Source of the DNA: an uncultured delta proteobacterium
GTDB lineage: Bacteria > Myxococcota > Myxococcia > Myxococcales > Myxococcaceae
Length of the DNA stretch: 64,000 nt
Assembly (NCBI GenBank): GCA_963713045.1
Contig: CAVQKE010000003.1
Location: 992,001 to 1,056,000 of the forward strand
Direction: 5' to 3'
Part shown: positions 21,138 through 30,239 of the stretch, piece after piece
Layout: each line of letters begins with the position of its first letter
Numbering within the stretch: position 1 is the stretch's first letter
The notes under the pieces: generated by a model
Database searches by the model: none
What the model saw: only the letters and a program-made list of their open reading frames with translations
What the model was told of the DNA's origin: nothing
Made by a program: the position numbers and the translations under genes

Positions 21138-21920
21138 ATGGCGGACTACATTCACGGCAGTACCGACCTGCGCGAGGTGGCTCGTCTCATCAAGCAGGCC
21201 CTGGTGTGGGTGGCCCCGAGAATGCTCGAGGACTTCACTGCCCGGCCTGGGATGCGGGTGCTTGACCTCGGCACGGGCGTGGGAGCCATGGCGGCAGCGC
21301 TCTCCCGGCGGCACCCAGGCATTGAACTCTGGGGACTCGACCTCCGCACCCCGCAGCTTCAACAGGCCAAGGCGCTCCACCCCATCGCCACCTACGTTCA
21401 GGGCGATGCCAAGCACCTACCATTTCCGGACGCGAGTTTTGACCGGGTGCACGCCAGCTGGGTGCTGGAACACATTCCGGGGCCGGCCGCCGTCCTGAGC
21501 GAAGTGAGGCGCATTCTGGTGCCCGGCGGACAATGCTTCTTCTTGGAAGTCGACAACGCCACACTCCGTCTGGTCCCCCCATCGGCCGACATCGAGCGCG
21601 CGCTGGCGGCGTTAAACCAACTGCAGCAGGCCGCTGGTGGCGACCCTTTCATCGGCCGCAAACTGGAGGGGTTGATGCGAGGCGCGGGCTTCTCTTCGGT
21701 GCAGGTCCGCTCGGTCGAAGTCGATGGCGACGCGTCGGACGCAGAGACGCTGCGCTCCAGCGCGGAGGAATGCGCGGAGATTTTCGAAAGTCTCGACGAG
21801 AGCCTGGGGCCCGAGGAGAAGCCGCTGCTGTTGGCCGCAGCGAGAAGCGCACGGCAATTGGCTCATCTCCCGGGAGCGGAGTTTCATTTCCGTCCGGTGG
21901 CGGCGCTCGGCACCCGCTGA
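21138..21920 (+). CDS. class I SAM-dependent methyltransferase
   Basis: VLDLGTGVG motif I, GDAKHLPFPDASFD and RRILVPGG. Confidence 0.9.
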   Translation: MADYIHGSTDLREVARLIKQALVWVAPRMLEDFTARPGMRVLDLGTGVGAMAAALSRRHPGIELWGLDLRTPQLQQAKALHPIATYVQGDAKHLPFPDASFDRVHASWVLEHIPGPAAVLSEVRRILVPGGQCFFLEVDNATLRLVPPSADIERALAALNQLQQAAGGDPFIGRKLEGLMRGAGFSSVQVRSVEVDGDASDAETLRSSAEECAEIFESLDESLGPEEKPLLLAAARSARQLAHLPGAEFHFRPVAALGTR

Positions 21921-21975
21921 CGTCAGCGGGATTCCCCTTGCCAGCCCCCTGCGGATGCACCACACCCCAGGGGCC

Positions 21976-22761
21976 ATGGAAAACACCTACGCCAACATCG
22001 TCATCACCGGGGCGTCGAGCGGGCTCGGACGGGCGCTCTCACTGTGGTTTGCGCGCCGAGGGGCCCGGGTCTACGCCGCCGCGCGGCGCGAGGAGTTGCT
22101 CCAGGCGTTGAAGGCCGAGGCCTCCGCTGGCCCTGGCAGCGTGGTGCCGGTCCGCTTGGACGTGGCACAGGCGGACGAGACCGTTGAGACGCTTCGTGCC
22201 CTCGACCAGGCCACGCCCGGAGGCATTGACTTGGTGGTGGCCAACGCCGGAGTCGGCGGAATGCTCAATGCCCAGCGGGCCGACTGGCCAGCCATCCGCC
22301 AGATGCTCGAAGTGAATGTCCTCGGCGCCACCGCGACGCTGGCAGCGCTCGCACCGCGGATGGCCGAGCGCCAAAAGGGACACCTGGTGGGCATCTCCTC
22401 GCTTGCCGCGTGGATTGTCATCCCCCGCTTCGGCGTCTACGCGGCAAGCAAGTTGTATTTGCAGACCTACTGCAGGGCGCTGGCAGTGGACCTCGGGCCC
22501 TTGGGGGTCCGCGTCACATGCATCAATCCGGGCTTCGTGAAGAGCGAGATGACCGCCAACAACCGCTTTCGGATGCCCTTTCTCCTCGACACCGACGACG
22601 CCGCGAACAGAATGGGGCAGGCGATTCTGCGCGGGGAGGGGCGCTTTGCATTCCCCTGGCAGACGGCATGGCTGACCCGTCTCGGAAGCCTTCTGCCGAG
22701 TTGGGTGCTCGCCCGTTCCGAAGGGCCCCCGTCGGGGCGCTCCTCAGGGCGCGCGCCGTAA
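21976..22761 (+). CDS. SDR family oxidoreductase
   Basis: TGASSGLG, VANAG, YAASK and NPGFVKS motifs. Start placed at ATG 21976. Confidence 0.92.
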   Translation: MENTYANIVITGASSGLGRALSLWFARRGARVYAAARREELLQALKAEASAGPGSVVPVRLDVAQADETVETLRALDQATPGGIDLVVANAGVGGMLNAQRADWPAIRQMLEVNVLGATATLAALAPRMAERQKGHLVGISSLAAWIVIPRFGVYAASKLYLQTYCRALAVDLGPLGVRVTCINPGFVKSEMTANNRFRMPFLLDTDDAANRMGQAILRGEGRFAFPWQTAWLTRLGSLLPSWVLARSEGPPSGRSSGRAP

Positions 22762-22792
22762 GGCCCTCACTCCGGCGCCGCGTTTCTGGGGG

Positions 22793-24586
22793 CTACTTCC
22801 TGCCGCGAAAGGTGTACTGCTTCTTCACCGTTGCGCCCGGACGCACGTAGACCGACCACGACGCAATCACCTTGGAGTTGGTAACCGTCACTTCGTGCTC
22901 ACCCTTGTGCACCACGAAGCTGTGCGTCCCTTCAATGGGCGTGGGCTCCTTCCCGTCGATGGTGACGGTGCCCCCAGGGGTTAAGGTCACCTCGACAATG
23001 CCTTCGTCGGGCCCCCCCTGTGGGGCTGGCGGCGTCGTCCCTTCAAGGCGCGGCGGGACCGCAATGCCGACCAGCGGCTGGGCGAGGGTGGGTTCCGTCG
23101 CCGTGCCGGCAGTCTGTGGAGGCTCGGGCGCCTTCGTCAGCTGAAGGCTGGTGTTCGGGGAGTTGGACACCGCCGTCGGCTTGTCGGCGGGCCTCGACAG
23201 GGCGACGGCGAGCACCACCGAGAGCAGGGTCGAAAGGACCGCGACGGCGCCCACCAGCAGCACCGCCCGGGAAGGGCTGGTGCCCGTCAGCCTTTTCACC
23301 GCGGCTCGCGCGGCTTCCTCCAGCGCGGCCAGACGCGCCCTGAGGGCCATGCTGTCCATCAGCGGAACCGCCGAGACGGGGCGGCGCTGCGTCGCCCCCT
23401 CACCGTCGTCGTCTGGCCCGGGCGGCGAAGTCGGCGTGCGGTGCGAAGGCTGCCGATCCGGCCGCGCCGAGCGCGAAATGTCGAGCAGCATTGTTTTCGG
23501 AGTCCCGGATTCGGCCAACAGGTCTGGCGGCATCGTCGCCTTCGCCGAGCGACCACTGGCCGCCGCGGCTTCGGGTCGCTGCCTGGTCGGCACGCTGGGC
23601 TCGCGCCCGACCTGGCTGGCTCCAGTGCCTTGGCCAGCGGCCACCGACGTTTCCGAGCGCTCCGCTTCGACCGGGAAGAGGTCCCGGACAAATGCCCCGA
23701 CGTCGGTGTCCTCGGGGCCCTGGCTGTGATGGAGGACGTAGCGCAGCAGGGCCCGCTCCAAATCGGCCGCCGTTTGGTAGCGGTTCGCCGGAAGGCGTTC
23801 CAACGACCTCATGATGACCGTACTGAGTTCCGTGTCCACGTCTGGATTAAGGTCCGCCGGCGGCAGAACGGCCCGCTCTTGGACGGCGCGCAGCACTGCC
23901 AAGTCGGTGTCGCCGTCAAACAGGCGGCCCCCCGTCAGCAACTCCCAGAGGGTGATGCCCAAGGTGAAGAGGTCCGTGCGGGCGTCGACGGCGTCTCCTC
24001 GCGCCTGCTCCGGTGCCATGTAGGCGAACTTTCCTTTCAGCATCCCGACGGTGGTGGCCCGGCCGCCAGCTTTGGCAATGCCGAAGTCGGTGAGCTTCAC
24101 TGCGCCGTCGTACGAAAGCAGGATGTTGTGGGGCGTGACGTCGCGATGGACGAGATTCAGCGGTTGCCCGTGGTCGGCCAACCGATGCGCGTACCCGAGG
24201 CCACGGGCGACCTCCAGGCCGACTTGCGCCACCAAGACCGGGGGGATGGGAGTGCTCAGCTCACGAGCGCGTTTGTGGGCCTCGACCAACGAGCGACCGC
24301 GGATGTACTCCATCGCCAGGTAATAGCTGTCCTCGTGGCGGTCGAAGTCGAAGATGTGGACCAGGTTCGGATGGCTGAGCCGGCTGGCGAGCCGCGCCTC
24401 AGCGATAAACATCTCCACGAAGGACGCATCGCTGGCCAGCCCCGAGCGGATGCGCTTGATGACGACCGGCTTCTCAAATCCCTCTGCGCCCTGTGCGGTG
24501 GCGAGAAAAAGCTCGGCCATGCCGCCTTCGGCCAGTTTGCGCTGGACGACGTACTTGCCGACGACGGTGCCTGGCGCGAGCGACAC
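22793..24586 (-). CDS. membrane-anchored Hanks-type Ser/Thr protein kinase
   Basis: LAEGGMA, VVIK, HRDVTPHN, DFG and YMAPE motifs; one TM helix; short PEGA-like C-terminal domain. Confidence 0.95.
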   Translation of the reverse strand: MSLAPGTVVGKYVVQRKLAEGGMAELFLATAQGAEGFEKPVVIKRIRSGLASDASFVEMFIAEARLASRLSHPNLVHIFDFDRHEDSYYLAMEYIRGRSLVEAHKRARELSTPIPPVLVAQVGLEVARGLGYAHRLADHGQPLNLVHRDVTPHNILLSYDGAVKLTDFGIAKAGGRATTVGMLKGKFAYMAPEQARGDAVDARTDLFTLGITLWELLTGGRLFDGDTDLAVLRAVQERAVLPPADLNPDVDTELSTVIMRSLERLPANRYQTAADLERALLRYVLHHSQGPEDTDVGAFVRDLFPVEAERSETSVAAGQGTGASQVGREPSVPTRQRPEAAAASGRSAKATMPPDLLAESGTPKTMLLDISRSARPDRQPSHRTPTSPPGPDDDGEGATQRRPVSAVPLMDSMALRARLAALEEAARAAVKRLTGTSPSRAVLLVGAVAVLSTLLSVVLAVALSRPADKPTAVSNSPNTSLQLTKAPEPPQTAGTATEPTLAQPLVGIAVPPRLEGTTPPAPQGGPDEGIVEVTLTPGGTVTIDGKEPTPIEGTHSFVVHKGEHEVTVTNSKVIASWSVYVRPGATVKKQYTFRGRK

Positions 24587-24693
24587 GGCCTACATCCCCC
24601 ATTCCTTCCTCGACACTACCTCTGCCACTGGCGCTCGGCGCAAGCCAAAGACTACGGCCTCCCTCGCCGATGAGACGCTAGGCTGAGGGCTGG

Positions 24694-26193
24694 ATGAGTG
24701 TCCCCGCCATCGACGGACTGAAGCGGTTGTCGGAAGACAGCCTTCGCCGCTTCCGCGAGCGTGTCGACGCACTGGGCTATAGGCCTGAGTTTCTTGCCGA
24801 GGCGGAATCCGTGGCCCCGGGCCAACTGGACGCCGTGTCCCTTCCGCTCGTTCGCTGGGAACTGGCACGTCGGGGTGACGCGGCGGGTCGGCTTGCACTC
24901 CTCTTGGGTTACGGCGACGCGGTGCAGGCCGGCCGGGTCGAGACTGACCTGGGAAGCGACTTGGTCGCGGCTTTGGTTGGCGCTGGGCTCCTGCTGGCGA
25001 CCCAGGAGGGAGCGCTGAGGTGCCCGTTTCGGGTGGTTCCCCTCGAGGGGCTGCTTCTGCTCGGCGACGAACCATCGGCCGGCGCCGAGGTGGTGATGGG
25101 CCCAGGCCCCACCACTCTCGAGCTGGCCTCCCAGCTGCCCCGCTCGTGCAGCGGCCCGGCTTTGGATGTCGGAGCTGGGGCCGGAACACTGGCACTCCTT
25201 CTGGCGGCGCGCGGGGCCACGCCGGTGGTGGGCACGGACATCAACCCGCGCGCCACCGCCATCGGCGTCTTCAACGCGCGCCTCAACGGGTTGGCGGTCG
25301 ATTTTCGCACCGGAGACCTCGATGCTCCGGTGTTGGGCGAACGTTTCGAATGGGTCGTCTCCCAGCCCGCCTACGTGCTGCGTCCGGAAGGGGCGGCGGC
25401 TGTCACCTTCCTGCACGGTGGCCGGCGCGGCGACGAGTTGGCCTTCCGGCTTCTCGCCCGGACTGCGTCGCTGCTCGCGGCGCAGGGAACGGCCCTTCTC
25501 CTCTTCGACACGCCCATCGAGACGCAGCTGCCACTTGCCCAGCGACTGCGCGCGGCGCTCGGCAGTGCCGCCGTGGACGCGCTCGTTCTTGCCGCCCCGG
25601 CGCTCAGCCCAGGCGCTCAGGCGGTAGGGTATGCCGCCCTGGCGGTCCCAGATTTGGGGGCCGGTTTCGCCGAGACGGTGCGTCTGTACCGAAATCATTT
25701 GGCTGAGCTCGCCCTCAAGGAGTGGACCCATGCGCTGGTGGTGCTCCGGTCCCAGCCGGGGCTGCCCCCCGGCGGCCGCTACACCGTCCAGCTGCCCGTA
25801 AAGAGGCTCTCCCAGGGCGGTCCCGAGGCGCTGGTTCGGCTTGTCGGCGCGCTGGAGGTCGCGTTGTTGCCTGATGCGGAGCTCCTCGGCAGGGCGGTGG
25901 GCTTTCAGCCGCGGGCCAAGCTGGTGGAGGAACGGGCGCGGCCAGGTGCCGAGCCAGTGCGCCGGGTGAGCTTCGAATACGGCGCGTTCGGGACCGAACA
26001 CGCCTTGACCGACGCGGGCCTCGCGCTCCTCGAGGCACTGCAGCAGGCAAGCGACATCGCCGGAGCGGTGGAGCGTTACGCCGAGCTGTGCGATGCCAAG
26101 CCAGCTGAGGTCCAACAGACGGTGCTGGGTTTCGTCCGCGAGGGCCTCGGGCGAGGCTTGCTTATCCCCAGGGACCCTTCCGCCGGGCCCTAT
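24694..26193 (+). CDS. HemK/MTS-like SAM methyltransferase (~499 aa) with C-terminal winged-helix; native stop apparently lost at the IS junction
   Basis: ALDVGAGAG, GTDINPRA, RTGDL and SQPAY (NPPY-like) motifs. Family-like sequence ends at GLGRGLLIPRDPSAGP, after which the frame runs into antisense transposase DNA (ORF track gives 860 aa to 27276). Confidence 0.75.
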
Positions 26194-26673
26194 GCGCGCA
26201 TAACTCATGGCCTTGTGCTTCGAGGCGTTGGCCTGAATTTTCGTCCCGTCCAGGGCAACGTGCCCCAGCTTCACCATGCCCGCCTTCTGGCACAGGTGCA
26301 GCACCTGGCCGAAGAGGGCGGCAAGCGCCTCGAGGTGCCGAAGTCGAAACTTGTTGACCGTCCTGAAGTCCGGCCGCTGCATGGCCGTCACAGCCATAAA
26401 GTCGACGCGGGTCTCGCAGGCACGGGCTATTTTTCTCGAGGAGCGCACCCCTTGCGTGTACGCGAAGAGCAGAAGCGCGGTCATCATCACCGGGTGGTAG
26501 GGGGGAAATCCCCGCTCCTCCTCGTACGTCCCCAGAATGGCGTCGAGGTTCAGCTCCTCTCTCACCAACTCCCGGATGAAGTGGGCAGCGTCGCGGGCCG
26601 GCACCAGGTCCCGAACCGACGGCGGGAGCAGCCACGCTTCGTCCACCTTCCACTCCCGAAACGTCTTCGCCAT
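26192..26673 (-). pseudogene. IS1182-family transposase, N-terminal ~160 aa only
   Basis: LLPPS...GFPPYHPVMMTALLLFAY.QGVRSSRKI....PDFRT...FR.RH...VALDGTKIQANASKHKAMSY is the DUF772 region plus the first catalytic Asp. Similarity stops abruptly after SYAR. Confidence 0.9.
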
Positions 26674-26752
26674 TCGCAGAGGCAATCACACCTGGACTGC
26701 GGGACGCGATCCCCCCACCATCTCCCCGTGACCATTACGGGACATGCCCTAG
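26192..26752 (-). mobile_element. truncated IS1182-family insertion sequence (one end plus 5' part of the transposase)
   Basis: Transposase fragment described below. Terminal-like sequence (minus strand CTAGGGCATGTCCCGTAA, 26752-26735) abuts a CTAG. No second end is visible. Confidence 0.8.
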
Positions 26753-26845
26753 GGCGAGCGCTTCGGGAGGAACGCCAGCTTTGGCTCGCCACCCCACCGC
26801 AGCCCGCGAGCGCAGTAACATTACCCACGGGGCACGAGAAAGCGG

Positions 26846-28135
26846 ATGTCACCTGCAATCGCCACCAGATGGGACATCCTCGAGGAGCACCTCGACGAGG
26901 CGGCCTTTCTCCAAGGAATGTGGGAGCGGGCTCTCCGAGCCCCGCAGTACTCGCTCAGCCAAATTGCCGAGGGGCCGGAAGCGAGGATGCTGGCCCACCT
27001 CGACGGGTTGGTGGTGGGCGGTCCCCCAGTGGCGGAGAGGCTGCTCCTTCCAGCGCTCCGCACCGAGGAGCCCGGTGTGGCATTCGCCGCGGCGTTCGCG
27101 TTGGTGGAAGGCAACCCGGACCACGTCTCAGCCGTGCTCTCCGCCCTCGACCCGGCCAAGGCGGCACCGGCCGCGGCCCTGTTGCGCGCGCTTGCTCTCG
27201 CGCCCAGCCTCGAGCTGGACCAGAGGCTCCTCGCCGTCCTTCCCCGGGCAGGGAACAAGCAGCTGCAGTTGCTTGAGCCATTCGCGTACCGGCGGCTCGA
27301 CCCGGGGCTGCGCCTGGAAGCCCTGGTGGCGTCCAGCGAGCCGAACCAACAGGCACTCGGCTTCCGCGTGGCTGGCCTGCTCCCCGGACGCCTCGACCCA
27401 TCGGCGTGGAAGGACGGCCTGAGCTCGCCGGAGGCTGTGGTGCGGGGTGCCGCACTGCGGAGTGGAATGGTGTTGGGCATCCGCGGAACTTTCGCCTCGG
27501 CGGAGGCGATTGTCTCCGGCCGTGAACCTGGCTTCGAGACGGCCGCCCTGTTGCTGGGTCTGTCCGGTGACGAGAAGTCGGTGCTCGCGTTGGTCCCCGC
27601 CCTCGCCGATGACAGCGTGGCCACCGCGGCGGCCTTCGCCCTTGGTTTCTCGGGACGCACCTCCGCTGCCAACGCGCTTCTCGAGGCGATGCGGGACGAC
27701 GGCGTCGCACCGGCCGCTGCCGAGGGATTCGCCGCCATCACCGGGCTGAAGTTGGACAAGCGACTGACGCGGAGGCCGAAGCCCTGGAACCCCGGGGACA
27801 TCGAGGAGGACGAGCCCGCGAAACTCGGCCCCGAGGCGGACCTCCCACACCCCGAAGCAGAGGCGGTGGCCGCCTGGTGGGCCACGGCACGCCAGAAACT
27901 CGACCCCTCACAACGCTGGGTACGCGGTGGCATCTGGAATGCGGAGGCAGTCCTCGGCGAGCTCGAGCAGGGAAGCGCCAGACGGCGCGACGCGCTGGCG
28001 CTCGACCTGGCAGTTCGCACCCGCGGCCAGGCTCGGCTGGCCTGGGACGCCCTGTCCGCGCGGCAAAGGAAGGAGTTGGCTGAACTCCATTCACTCGCCA
28101 GCCGTGTTTCGCCCAAGGCGTACCGCGACGCCTAA
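26846..28135 (+). CDS. TIGR02270 family protein (HEAT-like, T6SS effector-cluster associated)
   Basis: WDILEEHLDEAAFL..WE.AL......E.R..AHLDGL N-terminus, FAAITGL and DLPHP...V..WW. Confidence 0.85.
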   Translation: MSPAIATRWDILEEHLDEAAFLQGMWERALRAPQYSLSQIAEGPEARMLAHLDGLVVGGPPVAERLLLPALRTEEPGVAFAAAFALVEGNPDHVSAVLSALDPAKAAPAAALLRALALAPSLELDQRLLAVLPRAGNKQLQLLEPFAYRRLDPGLRLEALVASSEPNQQALGFRVAGLLPGRLDPSAWKDGLSSPEAVVRGAALRSGMVLGIRGTFASAEAIVSGREPGFETAALLLGLSGDEKSVLALVPALADDSVATAAAFALGFSGRTSAANALLEAMRDDGVAPAAAEGFAAITGLKLDKRLTRRPKPWNPGDIEEDEPAKLGPEADLPHPEAEAVAAWWATARQKLDPSQRWVRGGIWNAEAVLGELEQGSARRRDALALDLAVRTRGQARLAWDALSARQRKELAELHSLASRVSPKAYRDA

Positions 28136-28139
28136 AGAC

Positions 28140-28910
28140 TTAGCGCGAGGAAAATTCGTCGGGAGGACGGCCCGGCTCGCCCGGGAGCAGCGCCAAGGAG
28201 GGGCACCCGGGGTACTCGGCCGCGAGGCTCAGGCCCGCCCGGCGCGCCAGCTTGAGCAGGGCAATTCCCTCGACAAACACTTGGGTGCCGATGGCCGTCG
28301 ACAAGTCTTCGTCGGCAAGCTGCTTGTCCGCCACGATGTCTGAGGCCCGCCGCTCCAGCATCCGCTGGAATGCTGCTTCGAATTGAGTTGCGTCCTTGTG
28401 GTGTAGGACGCGACAGAACGCCACCCGCCCATCGCCCCGTTCGGCAGCGCGCTCCAAACCGACCAGCGCTTCCTCCTCGGCCCCGCCGGTGAGGTGAAGC
28501 CCGAGGAAGCGCTGGTAGCAGTAATCGTCTTCGTATTCGTCGCCTTGCCTCCATGCAGAAGGCGAAAGCTTGAAGATTTCACCGGCGAGCGCCCAATCCT
28601 CCGCAGCGACCGCGTCGAGCATTGAGCCGGAACGGCTCAGCGCGAGAAAGTAGTCGGCATAGCGGCTTCGGGCGCATCGGTCGAGCCAGGCTCGCCTGGC
28701 CTGACCGCTCATCACCAGGTCGCTGGAGAACCCCTCTCGGTTGGCATCGATGAGCAGTCGAAGGATGGCGTGGGCGCGCAGCGCTTCGGCAGCCTCCTCG
28801 TAGAATCGGCCCGCTTCCTCGAGACTGCATTTCGGGTGGCGGATGTTTTCCAAGCAAAAACTGACGTGGCTGGCCAAGGTTTCGAAGCTGTCTTCGCCGA
28901 AGCGCATCAT
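28140..28910 (-). CDS. Imm49-like immunity protein
   Basis: Helical protein with EYEDDYCY..FL and VFVEGIALLKLA...GL....YP..P, recalled from the Imm49 family, lying downstream of the toxin. Start 28910 or 28907. Confidence 0.65.
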   Translation of the reverse strand: MMRFGEDSFETLASHVSFCLENIRHPKCSLEEAGRFYEEAAEALRAHAILRLLIDANREGFSSDLVMSGQARRAWLDRCARSRYADYFLALSRSGSMLDAVAAEDWALAGEIFKLSPSAWRQGDEYEDDYCYQRFLGLHLTGGAEEEALVGLERAAERGDGRVAFCRVLHHKDATQFEAAFQRMLERRASDIVADKQLADEDLSTAIGTQVFVEGIALLKLARRAGLSLAAEYPGCPSLALLPGEPGRPPDEFSSR

Positions 28911-28941
28911 CCGAAAGTCGATTCCCAGGTTCGCTGGCTGG

Positions 28942-29511
28942 CTACTCGTATTCGTCCAGTTCGGTGAAGACCGAGCCCACGAAGGCTTCCTTCTGCATTT
29001 CTGCGGCGAGCGCGCGGTCGATGAAGACCGGAAGCGAGAAACTTTTGAGCCGGAAAATGCCGACGCCGGGCTCGACACGTTTGGTGTCGACCACCAGCTG
29101 CTTGACGCGAGAAATACGCGTCTTGAGGATGGGACTGTAGGTTGGCTGACTGGCCTTCACGTCGAGCGCATCCTGCGGGGGTGCCGGGTGCACGATGCAA
29201 TAGCCCGCTCCGGCCGCTTTCCCCTTGTGATCGAGAATCGTCACTGGGAGGAACTCCAGGTTTTGGAGGTTCCTCTTCTTGAGGAACTCGACGACCCGCG
29301 ACGAGCACACTTTCAGGTGGTTGTCGTTGGTGAGGTCATCGGTGAGTCCGGTGTCCTTCTTGTGAAATTTGCTCATCCTGAGGCGGATGTTGGTCGGGGC
29401 GCTCTTCCCGAAGACGATTCCCGGAACCAAGTCCAAGCTGTCGACATTTTCGACTCCCTCGAGTCGACAGGCGTTCCCCACCGCGACGCTCTCCCAAACC
29501 ATCAGCTCCAT
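28942..29511 (-). CDS. Imm11 / DUF1629-like immunity protein
   Basis: LTDDL.N....VCSSRVVEFL....LEFLPVTI.......Y.IV......DALD...S and IFRL motifs. Immediately downstream of the AHH toxin; ATG 29511 has an AGAAGGA SD-like sequence. Confidence 0.75.
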   Translation of the reverse strand: MELMVWESVAVGNACRLEGVENVDSLDLVPGIVFGKSAPTNIRLRMSKFHKKDTGLTDDLTNDNHLKVCSSRVVEFLKKRNLQNLEFLPVTILDHKGKAAGAGYCIVHPAPPQDALDVKASQPTYSPILKTRISRVKQLVVDTKRVEPGVGIFRLKSFSLPVFIDRALAAEMQKEAFVGSVFTELDEYE

Positions 29512-29534
29512 CGTGCGCAGTCCTTCTCGGGTGG

Positions 29535-30236
29535 CTACCGAGTCAACGCTTTGAGGGGCTCTGGCTTTCGACCAAACGCTCGCACCACCCGCACCCTGGC
29601 GACCGTGGCCTTGGCCATTGAGAAAGGGAGCCACCAGTTGCGCTCCCCTTCCTTCAGGATAGCGCTTCGTGTGCCTCCCTGCCGCGTTCCTCGCTGGGAA
29701 ACCTTGTCGCGGAAGTTGCTCTCGAGATTCTTGATGGCCGCCTGAACGTCACTGTCCTCCGGGCACTCGCCGGCCTTCTTCGCCGCCTTGAGGTCATTCC
29801 AAATCTCCGACTTGAATGCCGCCCGCACCTCATCGGTGTAACCCCCGCTGCAGTTGTGGTCCCAGTCGTGACAGGGGAGATTCAAATCCCAGCTCGACCC
29901 CGGCTTGTCGCGGGTCCCCGGGTCATTGGCCCCCTTGGTGTAGGTACCCTTGAGGGGTAGCCAGACCAGGTTGGGCTTCTGGTTCACACACCATTCGGTG
30001 TTCTTGTAGACGGCATCAATCGCCAGGACGTAGCCCACATAGTCCTGATCGGTCTTGTAGCCGATGGTCGATGACACGCAGAGAATGTGGTGCGCCTGCC
30101 GTGGCAACTTGGGGAAGGGCGGCTTCTGGGGCGCGTTGTCGGCGTAGTTACAGGCGCCTTTCAACTCGCAGGTGCCTTCCCGTGAGGTGTGAATCTTCTC
30201 CTTGCCGACTCCCCTAAAATGCTTCTTCTGGGCCAT
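29535..30236 (-). CDS. AHH-type (HNH/EndoVII fold) nuclease toxin, stand-alone T6SS cargo effector
   Basis: QAHHIL...VN...NLVWLP...HxxxH (HDWDH)...GY..EV pattern; followed by immunity-like genes; GGAG-type SD. Confidence 0.75.
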   Translation of the reverse strand: MAQKKHFRGVGKEKIHTSREGTCELKGACNYADNAPQKPPFPKLPRQAHHILCVSSTIGYKTDQDYVGYVLAIDAVYKNTEWCVNQKPNLVWLPLKGTYTKGANDPGTRDKPGSSWDLNLPCHDWDHNCSGGYTDEVRAAFKSEIWNDLKAAKKAGECPEDSDVQAAIKNLESNFRDKVSQRGTRQGGTRSAILKEGERNWWLPFSMAKATVARVRVVRAFGRKPEPLKALTR

Positions 30237-30239
30237 GGC

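Noticed and set aside
22793..24586. Ser/Thr kinase as the T6SS PpkA partner of Fha/TagF
   Set aside because: It lies outside the IS-bounded island, has no adjacent phosphatase, and myxobacteria encode many such kinases. Nothing in the sequence links it to the T6SS.
24652..26685. 677-aa minus-strand ORF as a full transposase
   Set aside because: Only the first ~160 aa are transposase-like. The rest is the antisense of the methyltransferase gene.
26194..27276. C-terminal 360 aa of the 860-aa ORF as a real domain
   Set aside because: It is antisense transposase plus out-of-frame TIGR02270 sequence, read through after loss of the stop codon.
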